A stretch of 64,000 nucleotides of DNA from an uncultured Ruminococcus sp. Its GTDB lineage: Bacteria > Bacillota > Clostridia > Oscillospirales > CAG-382. The notes under the pieces are model-generated. The model was not told the origin of the DNA. It worked only from the letters and a program-made list of their open reading frames with translations, and made no database searches. The DNA lies in contig CAZHBX010000006.1 in the NCBI GenBank assembly GCA_964530795.1, positions 512 to 64,511 on the forward strand, given 5' to 3'. The translations under genes and the position numbers were made by a program. This document shows, one piece after another, positions 7,710-16,821 of this stretch; the stretch's first letter is position 1, and each line of letters opens with the position of its first letter.

Positions 7710-9638
7710 ATGGGAAGCACACTTGCGCAAAAAATCATCCGTACGCATCTTCTCGAAGGGGAGATGCGCGTCGGGCAGGAAATCGGCCTGCGAATCGACC
7801 AGACGCTCACACAGGACGCGACCGGAACCATGGCATACCTCGAATTTGAGGCGATCGGAATTCCACGCGTCCGCACGGAGCTTTCCGTCGCATATATCGA
7901 TCACAACACCCTGCAAAGTGGGTTTGAAAACGCCGACGACCACCGCTATATCCAGTCGGTCGCAAAGAAGCACGGACTGTACTTCTCCCGCCCCGGCAAC
8001 GGGATCTGCCATCAAGTGCATTTGGAGCGTTTCGGCGTGCCGGGGAAGACGCTGATCGGTTCGGACAGCCACACGCCCACCGGCGGCGGGATCGGGATGC
8101 TGGCGTTCGGCGCGGGCGGAATGGACGTCGCGGTCGCGATGGGCGGGGGAACCTACTACATCACGATGCCGAAGATGCTGCGAATCAACCTGACCGGTCG
8201 CCTGCGTCCGTGGGTGTCAGCAAAAGACATCATCCTCGAGGTCCTGCGCCGCCTGACGGTCAGGGGCGGCGTTGGAAAAATCATCGAATACGCCGGGGAG
8301 GGCGTCAGCTCCCTTTCGGTGCCGGAACGTGCGACGATCACCAATATGGGCGCGGAACTTGGGGCCTCGACTTCCATTTTCCCGTCCGACGAGGTGACCA
8401 AGGCGTTCCTGAAAGCGCAGGGAAGGGAAGGGGATTGGATACCGCTTTCCGCCGACCCGGACGCCGTCTACGACGAGGAAATCACAATCAATTTGTCCTC
8501 GCTCGAGCCGTCCGCCGCCTGCCCGCACAGCCCGGATAACGTCAAAACCGTCCGCGAGCTCGGGCCGATAAAGGTGGATCAGGTTTGCATCGGGTCCTGC
8601 ACGAATTCCTCGCTTTCGGACATGCTGAAGGTCGCGTCGATCCTGAAGGGCAGGACGGTCGACGAGCATGTCAGCCTGTCCATCACGCCCGGCTCGAGGC
8701 AGGTATACAACATGCTCGCCGCCTGCGGTGCGCTTTCAGACATCATCGCCGCCGGGGCCCGCGTGCTCGAGTGTGCCTGCGGCCCGTGTATCGGCATGGG
8801 CCAGTCGCCGAACAGCGCCGGGGTTTCTCTGCGGACGTTTAACCGCAATTTCGAGGGACGCAGCGGCACGAAGGACGCGAAGATCTACCTCGTCAGCCCG
8901 GAGACGGCGGCCTATTCCGCGCTCCGCGGCGTGCTTTCCGACCCGCGGGAACTCGGCGAGCAGCCGGAAATCCGTTTGCCGGAACAATTTCTTATCAACG
9001 ACAATATGATCATTCCCCCCGCCCCCCCGGAGGAGGCGGAGAAGCTGGAAATCCTGCGCGGGCCGAATATCAAGCCGTTTCCAGTCAGCGGTCCCCTCGC
9101 AGAGGATATTTCCTGCGAATGCACACTAAAGGTCGGCGACAATATTACGACCGACCACATCATGCCTGCCGGGGCAAAGATCCTGCCCTATCGGTCAAAC
9201 ATTCCGTACCTTTCAAAGTTCTGCTTCGCCGCCTGCGACGAGGGATTTGCGGAGCGTTCCAAGCAGAAGGGGAGCGGCATCGTCGTCGGCGGGGAGAATT
9301 ATGGACAAGGCTCCTCGCGGGAACACGCAGCGCTCGTGCCACTTTACCTCGGGGTCAAGGCAGTTGTCGTCAAGTCGTTTGCCCGCATCCACGCTGCAAA
9401 TCTGATCAACGCCGGCATCCTGCCGCTGACCCTTGCGAACCCGGCGGATTACGAAAAAATCTCACAGGGGGATTCGCTCCGACTCGCCGGCATTCGCGAA
9501 TCAATCGCGCACGGGTCGAACGCGACGCTCGAAAACCTGACGAATGGGGAAAAAATTCCGCTGAAAGTGGAATTTTCCGAGCGGCAGCGCCGCATCCTGC
9601 TTGCGGGCGGACTACTCAACAACACGAAAGGAGCCTGA
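7710..9638 (+). CDS. acn: aconitate hydratase (about 640-aa clostridial type)
   Basis: MGSTLAQKIIRTHL.., DQTLTQDATG, GSDSHTPTGG and CIGSCTNS Fe-S ligand motifs. The first 126 codons of ORF 7332.. overlap gltA and are an artefact. GAAAGGA RBS precedes ATG 7710. Confidence 0.9.
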   Translation: MGSTLAQKIIRTHLLEGEMRVGQEIGLRIDQTLTQDATGTMAYLEFEAIGIPRVRTELSVAYIDHNTLQSGFENADDHRYIQSVAKKHGLYFSRPGNGICHQVHLERFGVPGKTLIGSDSHTPTGGGIGMLAFGAGGMDVAVAMGGGTYYITMPKMLRINLTGRLRPWVSAKDIILEVLRRLTVRGGVGKIIEYAGEGVSSLSVPERATITNMGAELGASTSIFPSDEVTKAFLKAQGREGDWIPLSADPDAVYDEEITINLSSLEPSAACPHSPDNVKTVRELGPIKVDQVCIGSCTNSSLSDMLKVASILKGRTVDEHVSLSITPGSRQVYNMLAACGALSDIIAAGARVLECACGPCIGMGQSPNSAGVSLRTFNRNFEGRSGTKDAKIYLVSPETAAYSALRGVLSDPRELGEQPEIRLPEQFLINDNMIIPPAPPEEAEKLEILRGPNIKPFPVSGPLAEDISCECTLKVGDNITTDHIMPAGAKILPYRSNIPYLSKFCFAACDEGFAERSKQKGSGIVVGGENYGQGSSREHAALVPLYLGVKAVVVKSFARIHAANLINAGILPLTLANPADYEKISQGDSLRLAGIRESIAHGSNATLENLTNGEKIPLKVEFSERQRRILLAGGLLNNTKGA

Positions 9639-9644
9639 ACTATC

Positions 9645-10841
9645 ATGTCCAAAATCCAAATGAAAACCCCGCTCGTCGAGATGGACGGCGACGAGATGAC
9701 CCGCGTCATCTGGCAGCAAATTAAGGAAACATTGCTCTTTCCGTTCATCGATTTGAAAACGGAATATTTTGACCTCGGACTTGTCAACCGCAACGAAACC
9801 GACGACCAAGTGACAGTCGACGCGGCGATGGCGACCAAGCAATACGGCGTCGCCGTCAAGTGCGCCACCATCACGCCGAACGCGGCCCGCATGAACGAAT
9901 ACCATCTTAAAAAAATGTGGAAAAGCCCAAACGGGACGATACGCGCCCTGCTTGACGGGACGGTATTCCGCACGCCGATCGTCGTTAAGGGCATTGAGCC
10001 CTACGTCAAATCCTGGAGAAAGCCGATTTCCATCGCTCGGCATGCCTATGGGGACATCTACAAGGCGTCCGAAGTGCGCGTTCCGGCGGGCGCGAAGGCG
10101 GAGATTCTCGTCACCGACCGCGATGGCAAAGAGATGCGGACGCTGATCCACGACTTTCAGGGCGACGGCGTCGTGCAGGGGATACATAACCTCGACAGCA
10201 GCATCACTTCGTTCGCCCACGCCTGCTTCCGATACGCGCTCGAACAGAAGATGAACTTGTGGTTCTCGGCAAAGGATACGATTAGCAAGACCTATGACCA
10301 CCATTTCAAAGACATTTTTGCCGAAATTTATGAACAGAACTATCGCGCAGATTTTGAGAAAGCGGGGATCACATACTTCTATACGCTTATCGACGACGCG
10401 GTGGCGCGGGTAATCCGCTCGGAGGGCGGATTCATCTGGGCCTGCAAGAACTACGACGGGGATGTGATGTCCGATATGCTCGCGACCGGGTTCGGATCGC
10501 TCGCAATGATGACGTCGGTGCTGGTATCTCCGGACGGCGTTTACGAGTACGAGGCCGCGCACGGCACCGTGCAGCGTCACTATTACAAGCACCTCGCCGG
10601 GGAGGAAACCTCGACGAACTCCATCGCGACCATCTTCGCGTGGAGCGGGGCGCTCCGCAAGCGGGGCGAGCTGGACGGGCTGCCGGACCTCTGCGCCTTC
10701 GCGGATCGACTGGAAAAAGCGTCAATCGACACGATTGAAAGCGGGGTTATGACGAAGGACCTATACCTGATTTCTTCGTTGGAACACAAGAAAGCCGTCA
10801 ACACGACCGAATTCCTGCGGGAGATCGCGTCACGGCTTTAG
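9645..10841 (+). CDS. icd: NADP-dependent isocitrate dehydrogenase (about 400-aa IDH1-like type)
   Basis: [17 protein letters not shown].., KCATITPN and NYDGDVMSD motifs. Confidence 0.93.
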   Translation: MSKIQMKTPLVEMDGDEMTRVIWQQIKETLLFPFIDLKTEYFDLGLVNRNETDDQVTVDAAMATKQYGVAVKCATITPNAARMNEYHLKKMWKSPNGTIRALLDGTVFRTPIVVKGIEPYVKSWRKPISIARHAYGDIYKASEVRVPAGAKAEILVTDRDGKEMRTLIHDFQGDGVVQGIHNLDSSITSFAHACFRYALEQKMNLWFSAKDTISKTYDHHFKDIFAEIYEQNYRADFEKAGITYFYTLIDDAVARVIRSEGGFIWACKNYDGDVMSDMLATGFGSLAMMTSVLVSPDGVYEYEAAHGTVQRHYYKHLAGEETSTNSIATIFAWSGALRKRGELDGLPDLCAFADRLEKASIDTIESGVMTKDLYLISSLEHKKAVNTTEFLREIASRL

Positions 10842-10850
10842 ACCATGTCA

Positions 10851-10890
10851 AAAATTGCTTTGTGGACAAAAAAGTCTACACAGCAATTTT
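10851..10890. terminator. bidirectional terminator between convergent icd and the UPF0210 gene
   Basis: 17-bp arms AAAATTGCTTTGTGGAC / GTCTACACAGCAATTTT (2 mismatches), loop AAAAAA. The A/T runs at the outer ends of the arms give a U-tract on either strand. Confidence 0.6.
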
Positions 10891-10896
10891 CGTTTT

Positions 10897-12255
10897 TCAG
10901 TTTTTCAGCGAATGGATCGGGGCGGGGATCAAGCCGCCGCGGGCGATGAACCGGACCGGGTCGGTTTGGTTGATGCGCATGATTGGTGCGTCACCTAAAA
11001 GACCACCGAAGGACAGGGACTCGCCCTCCTTCTTACCGATGGCGGGGATCACGCGGACGGCCGTCGTCTTGGTATTCGCCACGCCAATGGACAGTTCGTC
11101 AGCAATCAGCGCGGAAATGACCGCGGCGGACGTGTCGCCGGGAATCGCGATCATGTCAAGCCCCACCGAGCAGACCGCCGTCATCGCTTCGAGCTTTTCG
11201 ATGGTCAGACAGCCGCTCTTCGCGGCGTCGATCATGCCCTCGTCCTCAGAAACCGGGATGAACGCCCCAGAAAGCCCGCCGACTCGCGAGGACGCCATGA
11301 CGCCGCCTTTCTTGACCGCGTCGTTGAGCAGCGCGAGCGCCGCTGTCGTCCCACAGCCGCCGCAGCAGCCGACGCCCATCGCTTCTAAAATCCGTGCGAC
11401 TGAATCGCCGACAGCGGGCGTGGGCGCGAGGGACAAGTCGACGATGCCGAAGGGGACGCCGAGCCGCTTGCTCGCTTCCCCCGCGATCAGCTGTCCCATG
11501 CGGGTAATTTTGAAGGCGGTCTTCTTGATGACCTCGAAAAGTTCCTCGAACGGCGCATCCGGGCATTTTTCAATCGCCGCGCACACCACGCCTGGGCCGG
11601 AAACACCAATGTTGATGACGCAATCGCCCTCGCCGACGCCATGGAACGCACCCGCCATGAACGGGTTGTCCTCCGGCGCGTTGGCGAATACGACCAGCTT
11701 CGCCGCACCGATGCATTGCCGGTCCTGCGTCAGCTCCGCTGTCCGACGAATGATATGCCCCATACGGGCGACCACGTCCATATTCAGCCCCGCCTTGGTC
11801 GTCGCCGCGTTGACGGACGCGCAGACCCGCTCGGTGGACGAGAGCGCCTCGGGGATCGTGTCAAGCAGGATGCACTCGGATTCCGTTGCTCCCTTCGGCA
11901 CCAGTGCGGTATACCCGCCGATAAAATGAATTCCAAGCGTATCCGCCGCATGGTCCAGCGCGCGGGCGATCCGCAGAAATCCCTCGGCACTCTGCCCGGC
12001 GCCGACGAGCGAAATCGGCGTAACGGACACCCGCTTGTTGACGATCGGAATGCCGTATTCCCGCTCGAGCTCCTCGCTGACCTGGACGAGGTGTTCGGCC
12101 CGGGTGGTGACGGTATCGTAAATTCGATCCGCAAGACCCGCCGGGTCGCCACCCGCACAGCGCAGAAGGGAAATCCCCATCGTGACGGTGCGGATGTCAA
12201 GGTGCTCGGTTTCGATCATGCGGACGGTTTCAAGGATGTCGTTGGTATTCAGCAT
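10897..12255 (-). CDS. UPF0210 (DUF711, PFL-like fold) family protein
   Basis: The N-terminus [31 protein letters not shown] matches the UPF0210 signature. It is 452 aa and follows its usual ACT-domain partner by 18 nt. Confidence 0.85.
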   Translation of the reverse strand: MLNTNDILETVRMIETEHLDIRTVTMGISLLRCAGGDPAGLADRIYDTVTTRAEHLVQVSEELEREYGIPIVNKRVSVTPISLVGAGQSAEGFLRIARALDHAADTLGIHFIGGYTALVPKGATESECILLDTIPEALSSTERVCASVNAATTKAGLNMDVVARMGHIIRRTAELTQDRQCIGAAKLVVFANAPEDNPFMAGAFHGVGEGDCVINIGVSGPGVVCAAIEKCPDAPFEELFEVIKKTAFKITRMGQLIAGEASKRLGVPFGIVDLSLAPTPAVGDSVARILEAMGVGCCGGCGTTAALALLNDAVKKGGVMASSRVGGLSGAFIPVSEDEGMIDAAKSGCLTIEKLEAMTAVCSVGLDMIAIPGDTSAAVISALIADELSIGVANTKTTAVRVIPAIGKKEGESLSFGGLLGDAPIMRINQTDPVRFIARGGLIPAPIHSLKN

Positions 12256-12273
12256 ATGGAAATTCCTTTCCGT

Positions 12274-12543
12274 TCAAATGCGGTGCATGGAGTTGAAAAC
12301 GTCCTCGTGCATGGCGTGGATCTTCAGCCCATTTCGGTCCGCGAGCTTTTCGAGCTCGTCCGCGAATTCGCCGAATGGGGTCTTCAGCCGGTCGAGGTCC
12401 ACAAGCATCATCATCGCGAAATACTCCTGCATGACCGACTGCGAGATGTCAACGATGTTCGCTCCGTACTCGGTGCAGAGCGCGGATACCACCGAGATGA
12501 TGCCCATGCCGTCCTTCCCGGTAACCGTGATAACTGCTTTCAT
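12274..12543 (-). CDS. ACT domain protein, UPF0237 family
   Basis: MKAVITVTGKDGMGIISVVSALCTEYGANIVDISQSVMQEYFAMMMLV is the typical UPF0237 ACT fold. Start moved to ATG 12543 behind a GAAAGGAAAAG RBS. Confidence 0.8.
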   Translation of the reverse strand: MKAVITVTGKDGMGIISVVSALCTEYGANIVDISQSVMQEYFAMMMLVDLDRLKTPFGEFADELEKLADRNGLKIHAMHEDVFNSMHRI

Positions 12544-12593
12544 CTGTCCAAAACTTTTCCTTTCCAATTGTTTCAATACTTTATTATACACAC

Positions 12594-12622
12594 ATTATAC
12601 ACAGTTTCTAGGAGAAAAGCAA
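12594..12622 (-). promoter_or_regulatory. sigma-A-type promoter for the ACT/UPF0210 operon (TTGCTT-17-TATAAT with TGTG extension)
   Basis: The reverse complement reads cTTGCTTttctcctagaaactgtgTATAATg. Confidence 0.6.
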
Positions 12623-12701
12623 GTTTTTTCCGAAAAAAGCAAAGTTTTTGCGCAAGTTTTCCCGCCGCGGGAACGCTTTTTCTGCTTTTTCTAAAAAAAG
12701 A

Positions 12702-12730
12702 TTGACTTTTCCGGAAAAGAATGGTATACT
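12702..12730 (+). promoter_or_regulatory. sigma-A-type promoter for the GT2 operon (TTGACT-17-TATACT, TGn-extended)
   Basis: Hexamers at 12702-12707 and 12725-12730 read directly. Confidence 0.6.
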
Positions 12731-12802
12731 GATGCATAGAAATTTTTATAAAGATCGTATACTCCATCGTCTAACCATCGTCAATTTCTTTTGGAGGTTC
12801 CT

Positions 12803-14083
12803 ATGCAGACCGCAAGAATGGTAATCACCATTATCGAAATTGTTCTGACCGTCTTCTTCGCCCTGCTGTTTGTCTATCAATTTTTTTATACGTTCTACGT
12901 TCTCTTCTCCCACGGGGAGGAAAAGCCACTGCTCCGAAACAAGCAAAACCGCTTCGGGGTGATCATTCCCGCCCGCAACGAGCAGCAGGTCATCGGACAA
13001 CTCATCGACAGCATCCGCAAGCAGACCTACCCGGCCGATCTGATCCGCATCTTCGTCATTGCGGACAATTGCACGGACGACACGGCGGAAATCGGGCGGC
13101 AGAAGGGCGCCTATGTGCTCGAACGACAGGATCAGGAGCTCATCGGCAAAGGATATGCGCTCGACTACTTTTTCAAGCATCTGCGCGAGCACGGCGACGA
13201 CTGCGACGCGTACCTCGTCTTCGACGCGGACAACCTCCTCGACGAGCACTTCATTGAGGAAATGAACAATGGGCTCAACCGCGGATACCAGGCGCTGACC
13301 TCCTATCGCAACTCCAAAAACTACGGCACAAACTGGATCTCCGCCGGGTATTCCCTCTGGTTTTTGCGCGAGGCGAAGTACCTGAACAACGCCCGTATGC
13401 AGCTCAACACCAGCTGTGCCATTTCCGGGACCGGCTTCTGCGTCAGCCGGGAACTGATTGAAAAGAACGGCGGCTGGCCGTTCCACCTTCTGACGGAAGA
13501 TATGGAATTCACGATCGACACCATCGTCAACGGCGGAAAAATCGGATACTGCGGCAAAGCGATACTCTATGACGAGCAGCCGGTTAAGTTCTCGCAGTCG
13601 TGGAACCAGCGCCTGCGCTGGGCAAAGGGATTCTATCAGGTCTTTGGACAATACGCCGGGAAGCTGTTCAAAGGAATCCTTCATGGGAGCTTCGCCTGTT
13701 ACGACATGTTGGTGACCATCCTGCCCGGCATCCTCGGATTTGGCGTTACCGCCGTCTGTTCAATCGCCGACCTCATCTTCTGGGCGCTCTATCCGGAAAG
13801 CAACAGTTTGCAAAGGGCGATCACCATTTTAATTATATTTTTGGTGTTTTATTATCTTTTGATGTTCTTTATGGGGCTTTTAACTGTTCTGACCGAAGGG
13901 GAGAACATCAGCGGGTGCTCCCGCAAGAGGAAGATCTGGTCGATCTTCACGTTCCCAGTCTACATGGCGACGTACCTGCCGATCGCGGTGATCGCACTGT
14001 TCAAGAAAGTTGACTGGAAGCCGATCCAACATACGGTGGCGAAGTCCATTGACGACCTGAACAAGAAGAGCAAGAGGCAGTAA
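12803..14083 (+). CDS. membrane-embedded family-2 glycosyltransferase with a processive beta-glycan synthase signature
   Basis: GGAGG RBS before ATG 12803. One N-terminal TM helix, then IIPARNE, DNCTDD, FDADN, TED (HLLTEDMEF) and QRLRW motifs, then several C-terminal TM helices. Confidence 0.85.
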   Translation: MQTARMVITIIEIVLTVFFALLFVYQFFYTFYVLFSHGEEKPLLRNKQNRFGVIIPARNEQQVIGQLIDSIRKQTYPADLIRIFVIADNCTDDTAEIGRQKGAYVLERQDQELIGKGYALDYFFKHLREHGDDCDAYLVFDADNLLDEHFIEEMNNGLNRGYQALTSYRNSKNYGTNWISAGYSLWFLREAKYLNNARMQLNTSCAISGTGFCVSRELIEKNGGWPFHLLTEDMEFTIDTIVNGGKIGYCGKAILYDEQPVKFSQSWNQRLRWAKGFYQVFGQYAGKLFKGILHGSFACYDMLVTILPGILGFGVTAVCSIADLIFWALYPESNSLQRAITILIIFLVFYYLLMFFMGLLTVLTEGENISGCSRKRKIWSIFTFPVYMATYLPIAVIALFKKVDWKPIQHTVAKSIDDLNKKSKRQ

Positions 14084-14108
14084 ACAGGAGAAACAGAGGC
14101 AAGTTCTC

Positions 14109-15377
14109 ATGACATGCAAACGATTTGGAGCGTTCTGTGTGCTTTTGGCGGTGCTTTGTGCCGGCGTTGCAGCGGTCGTCCCGGCGAACGCGGAAACCGG
14201 CTGGACCGCTGCGATGAAAATTGAGCGGACCGCGGAGGATACGAACGCGGGAACGGTGACGGTACGGGTTTCCGTTGAACAGATCACCTGCCAGAGCGGG
14301 ATTTTCTGCGCAGAATATAAAATATACTATGACCCATCCATTTTAAAATTGATTTCCTGGGAAAACTCCAAACCTGCTGGTTGGAACTTCGACGACGAAA
14401 CGGCAGAGGACTGGACGGAGGTCAAGGAAGACCCGGAGCCCTATCTTTCCTATATTATCATGAACACGGGAACGGCGGGAGGCGTCAAACGAAACGGGGA
14501 GCTCTACACCGACATGACCTTTCAGGTGCTGTCGGATACGGCGAAGTCTGCGTCCGTCACCGTGCGGAACATCCAGTTTGCCGACGTGTCCAATGAATCC
14601 CTGTTAAATCCATGCAAACTGCCGGATCAGACCTGCGAAATCGGCCTGCACGGCAACGCGAGCACGTCAGCCGTTCCGGTGGAGAGCAGCGAACCTGCCG
14701 TTTCGGAAAGTTCTGCGACCGTGAGCGAATCGACGGAGAGCAGCAAACCCTCCGGCGGCCTGTCCTCGCAGGGCGGTACGTCCTCCGGCGTGCAGTCTGT
14801 TCCGGGCGAAACGTCCGTGTATTTGCCGGTGGCAAGCGAGGAAAGCGCGCATCGCATTACGGTCTCCGTTTCAATTGCGGACGTCCGGGATGACGATGGG
14901 GTTTCCGGGTTCTCCCTGCGGCTGAAATACAACAGGAGCTTCCTGCAATACGTCTCCCACACTTGCATCACGCCAGAAAATTGGGCCAACTCGGAGGACC
15001 TTTCGACCGAACCGGAAAGGGGACAAATGACCCTGTCGGTCATCAATCGCGACGCCGGGAACGGAGCAAAGGAGGATGGGGCCCTCGGATTTCTGGTAGA
15101 ATTTACCTATAATGGAACGGATTTTGACCAGAGTATTTTCCAAATTGAGCAAATTCACCTAACCGACGACGAAGCGAACGAGTTGGATTCGGACAGCTGT
15201 CGGGTCATCGTGAGCTATGAGATGGACGGCGTGCCTGTAACGGCGAAAGACCTCCAGCTGCCGAATCAGTCGGAAGGAAGCACTTGGAAAATCGTGCTCG
15301 CTGTTGCCGCTTCGATTGTCGTGCTCGGCGCCGCCGTCACGGGATTCCTGATTTTCAGAAAGAAGAGGTTGGCATGA
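14109..15377 (+). CDS. secreted, C-terminally membrane-anchored protein with two cohesin-like modules
   Basis: Signal peptide FCVLLAVLCAGVAAVVPANA. Modules TVTVRVSVEQI..FCAEYKIYYDPSILKL and ITVSVSIADV..FSLRLKYNRSFLQYV are split by an S/E/P-rich linker. It ends in a TM helix plus RKKRLA. Confidence 0.6.
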   Translation: MTCKRFGAFCVLLAVLCAGVAAVVPANAETGWTAAMKIERTAEDTNAGTVTVRVSVEQITCQSGIFCAEYKIYYDPSILKLISWENSKPAGWNFDDETAEDWTEVKEDPEPYLSYIIMNTGTAGGVKRNGELYTDMTFQVLSDTAKSASVTVRNIQFADVSNESLLNPCKLPDQTCEIGLHGNASTSAVPVESSEPAVSESSATVSESTESSKPSGGLSSQGGTSSGVQSVPGETSVYLPVASEESAHRITVSVSIADVRDDDGVSGFSLRLKYNRSFLQYVSHTCITPENWANSEDLSTEPERGQMTLSVINRDAGNGAKEDGALGFLVEFTYNGTDFDQSIFQIEQIHLTDDEANELDSDSCRVIVSYEMDGVPVTAKDLQLPNQSEGSTWKIVLAVAASIVVLGAAVTGFLIFRKKRLA

Positions 15378-15952
15378 ACCGTCTGCGTGAATTTTGGTCG
15401 GCTTATTCCCGGTATATTATCCATTTCTGGACCAATCAGCTCGTGATGTCCTTTCTCGGCATCAGCGTCGGACTTGCGACGATCGCGCTGAAGATCGACG
15501 TTGTGTCGGCGCTCGGGAGCGCTTTCTGCATCGCCGTGCTCTGCTTTTTACAATACGACAATCTGTTTCAACTCGGGGAAAAGCACCATTTTCGCCCGGC
15601 AGACGCCTATCGACCCGCGAAAACGCTCGGACTGAAGATTTCTCTGCTCGGATCCTGTCCGCTGCTGCTGGTAATTTTGCTTGGACTTTTGGCATCCGCT
15701 TTTGCGTCGGACAATGTGCAGGTGATTTTTATGCTGATTCACATCGCCCTGCACGGCAGTTACCTTTATCCGCTGACCTTCCTTTCGGTAGAAGGGACGG
15801 TTGGCTGGCTGGGCGGTCCGCTCGGGTGGGTGGTCTGCCTGTTGTTCCTGCTGCCGGAGATTCTGTTCGCCGGGCTTGGTTATTTGCTCGGTTCGAAGGA
15901 CCGCCCGCTGCGCACATTCGTCGGCATCCGCTACGGCAAGAAGGAAAAGTGA
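15374..15952 (+). CDS. hypothetical polytopic membrane protein (192 aa)
   Basis: Its ATG overlaps the stop of the preceding gene (ATGA at 15374-15377). About 5-6 hydrophobic helices. I recognise no family motif. Confidence 0.6.
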   Translation: MNRLREFWSAYSRYIIHFWTNQLVMSFLGISVGLATIALKIDVVSALGSAFCIAVLCFLQYDNLFQLGEKHHFRPADAYRPAKTLGLKISLLGSCPLLLVILLGLLASAFASDNVQVIFMLIHIALHGSYLYPLTFLSVEGTVGWLGGPLGWVVCLLFLLPEILFAGLGYLLGSKDRPLRTFVGIRYGKKEK

Positions 15953-15964
15953 CCGGCAGGGGAG

Positions 15965-15993
15965 TCATATCACAAGACAACCCCTCATACCTT
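15965..15993 (+). promoter_or_regulatory. sigma-E-like sporulation promoter upstream of cwlD (TCATAT-15-CATACCTT)
   Basis: Compared by eye with the sigma-E consensus (ATA-containing -35, CATACA.T -10). B. subtilis cwlD is sigma-E/sigma-G dependent. Confidence 0.35.
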
Positions 15994-16035
15994 GTAACAA
16001 AATAACAAAATGCAAGGTGTAAAGGATGTGTGTAT

Positions 16036-16803
16036 ATGGAAACTCCTTCGTCCTCTGAGTTTCGGGAGCCGCGGATTTTTCTGGTACTGCTCGGCGTCGT
16101 GTTGGCCGTCGTGCTGGTGTTCTATTTCGTGACGTCCATGGTGACGTCGGTCGGATACCATGCCTTCGCGGAGGCGGACGCAAGTCCGGCAGGGGAATCA
16201 TGCTTTACGATCATCCTCGATGCAGGACACGGCGGGGAAGACCCCGGTGCGGTCGCAAACGGGCTAAATGAGAAAGATCTGAACCTTCAGATTACCCTGA
16301 AAACGGCGGATTTCCTGCGGCTTTCCGGTTGCAACGTCGTTCTGACGCGCTCGGAGGACCGCTTGTTGTACAACAGCGGCGAGGAGAATCGGAAAAAGTA
16401 TTACGATCTGTACAACCGTCTGCAGTTCGCAGAGAAATACTCGGACGCGATTTTCGTCAGCATCCATATGAACAAATTCCCGATGGAGAACTGTCAGGGC
16501 TTGCAGACCTTTTATTCCATGAACGACCCGCGCAGCGCGCTGCTCGCGGAAGCGCTTCAGGCGTCGTCGACGCTCGTCATGCCTGATAACCGGCGGACCA
16601 TTAAGCCGGATAACCGAACCATCTTTTTGCTCAAGAATCTGCAAATGCCCGCCGTCATCGTCGAATGCGGTTTCCTTTCAAACGCGACTGACGCGGAAAA
16701 TCTCGCGAACGAAACCTATCAGGACAAACTCGCGCTTGCCCTCGCGTCCGGAATCGGGCGTTACTGTGAAACGGTGAAGGAAAACGACTCCGTATCCCAA
16801 TGA
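16036..16803 (+). CDS. cwlD: N-acetylmuramoyl-L-alanine amidase, CwlD-like (spore cortex muramic-lactam formation)
   Basis: N-terminal TM helix, then amidase_3 motifs ILDAGHGGEDPGA and FVSIHMN..QTFY and ECGFLSN. Size and architecture match CwlD. Confidence 0.8.
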   Translation: METPSSSEFREPRIFLVLLGVVLAVVLVFYFVTSMVTSVGYHAFAEADASPAGESCFTIILDAGHGGEDPGAVANGLNEKDLNLQITLKTADFLRLSGCNVVLTRSEDRLLYNSGEENRKKYYDLYNRLQFAEKYSDAIFVSIHMNKFPMENCQGLQTFYSMNDPRSALLAEALQASSTLVMPDNRRTIKPDNRTIFLLKNLQMPAVIVECGFLSNATDAENLANETYQDKLALALASGIGRYCETVKENDSVSQ

Positions 16804-16821
16804 AGCGGGAGGAAAAAGACG

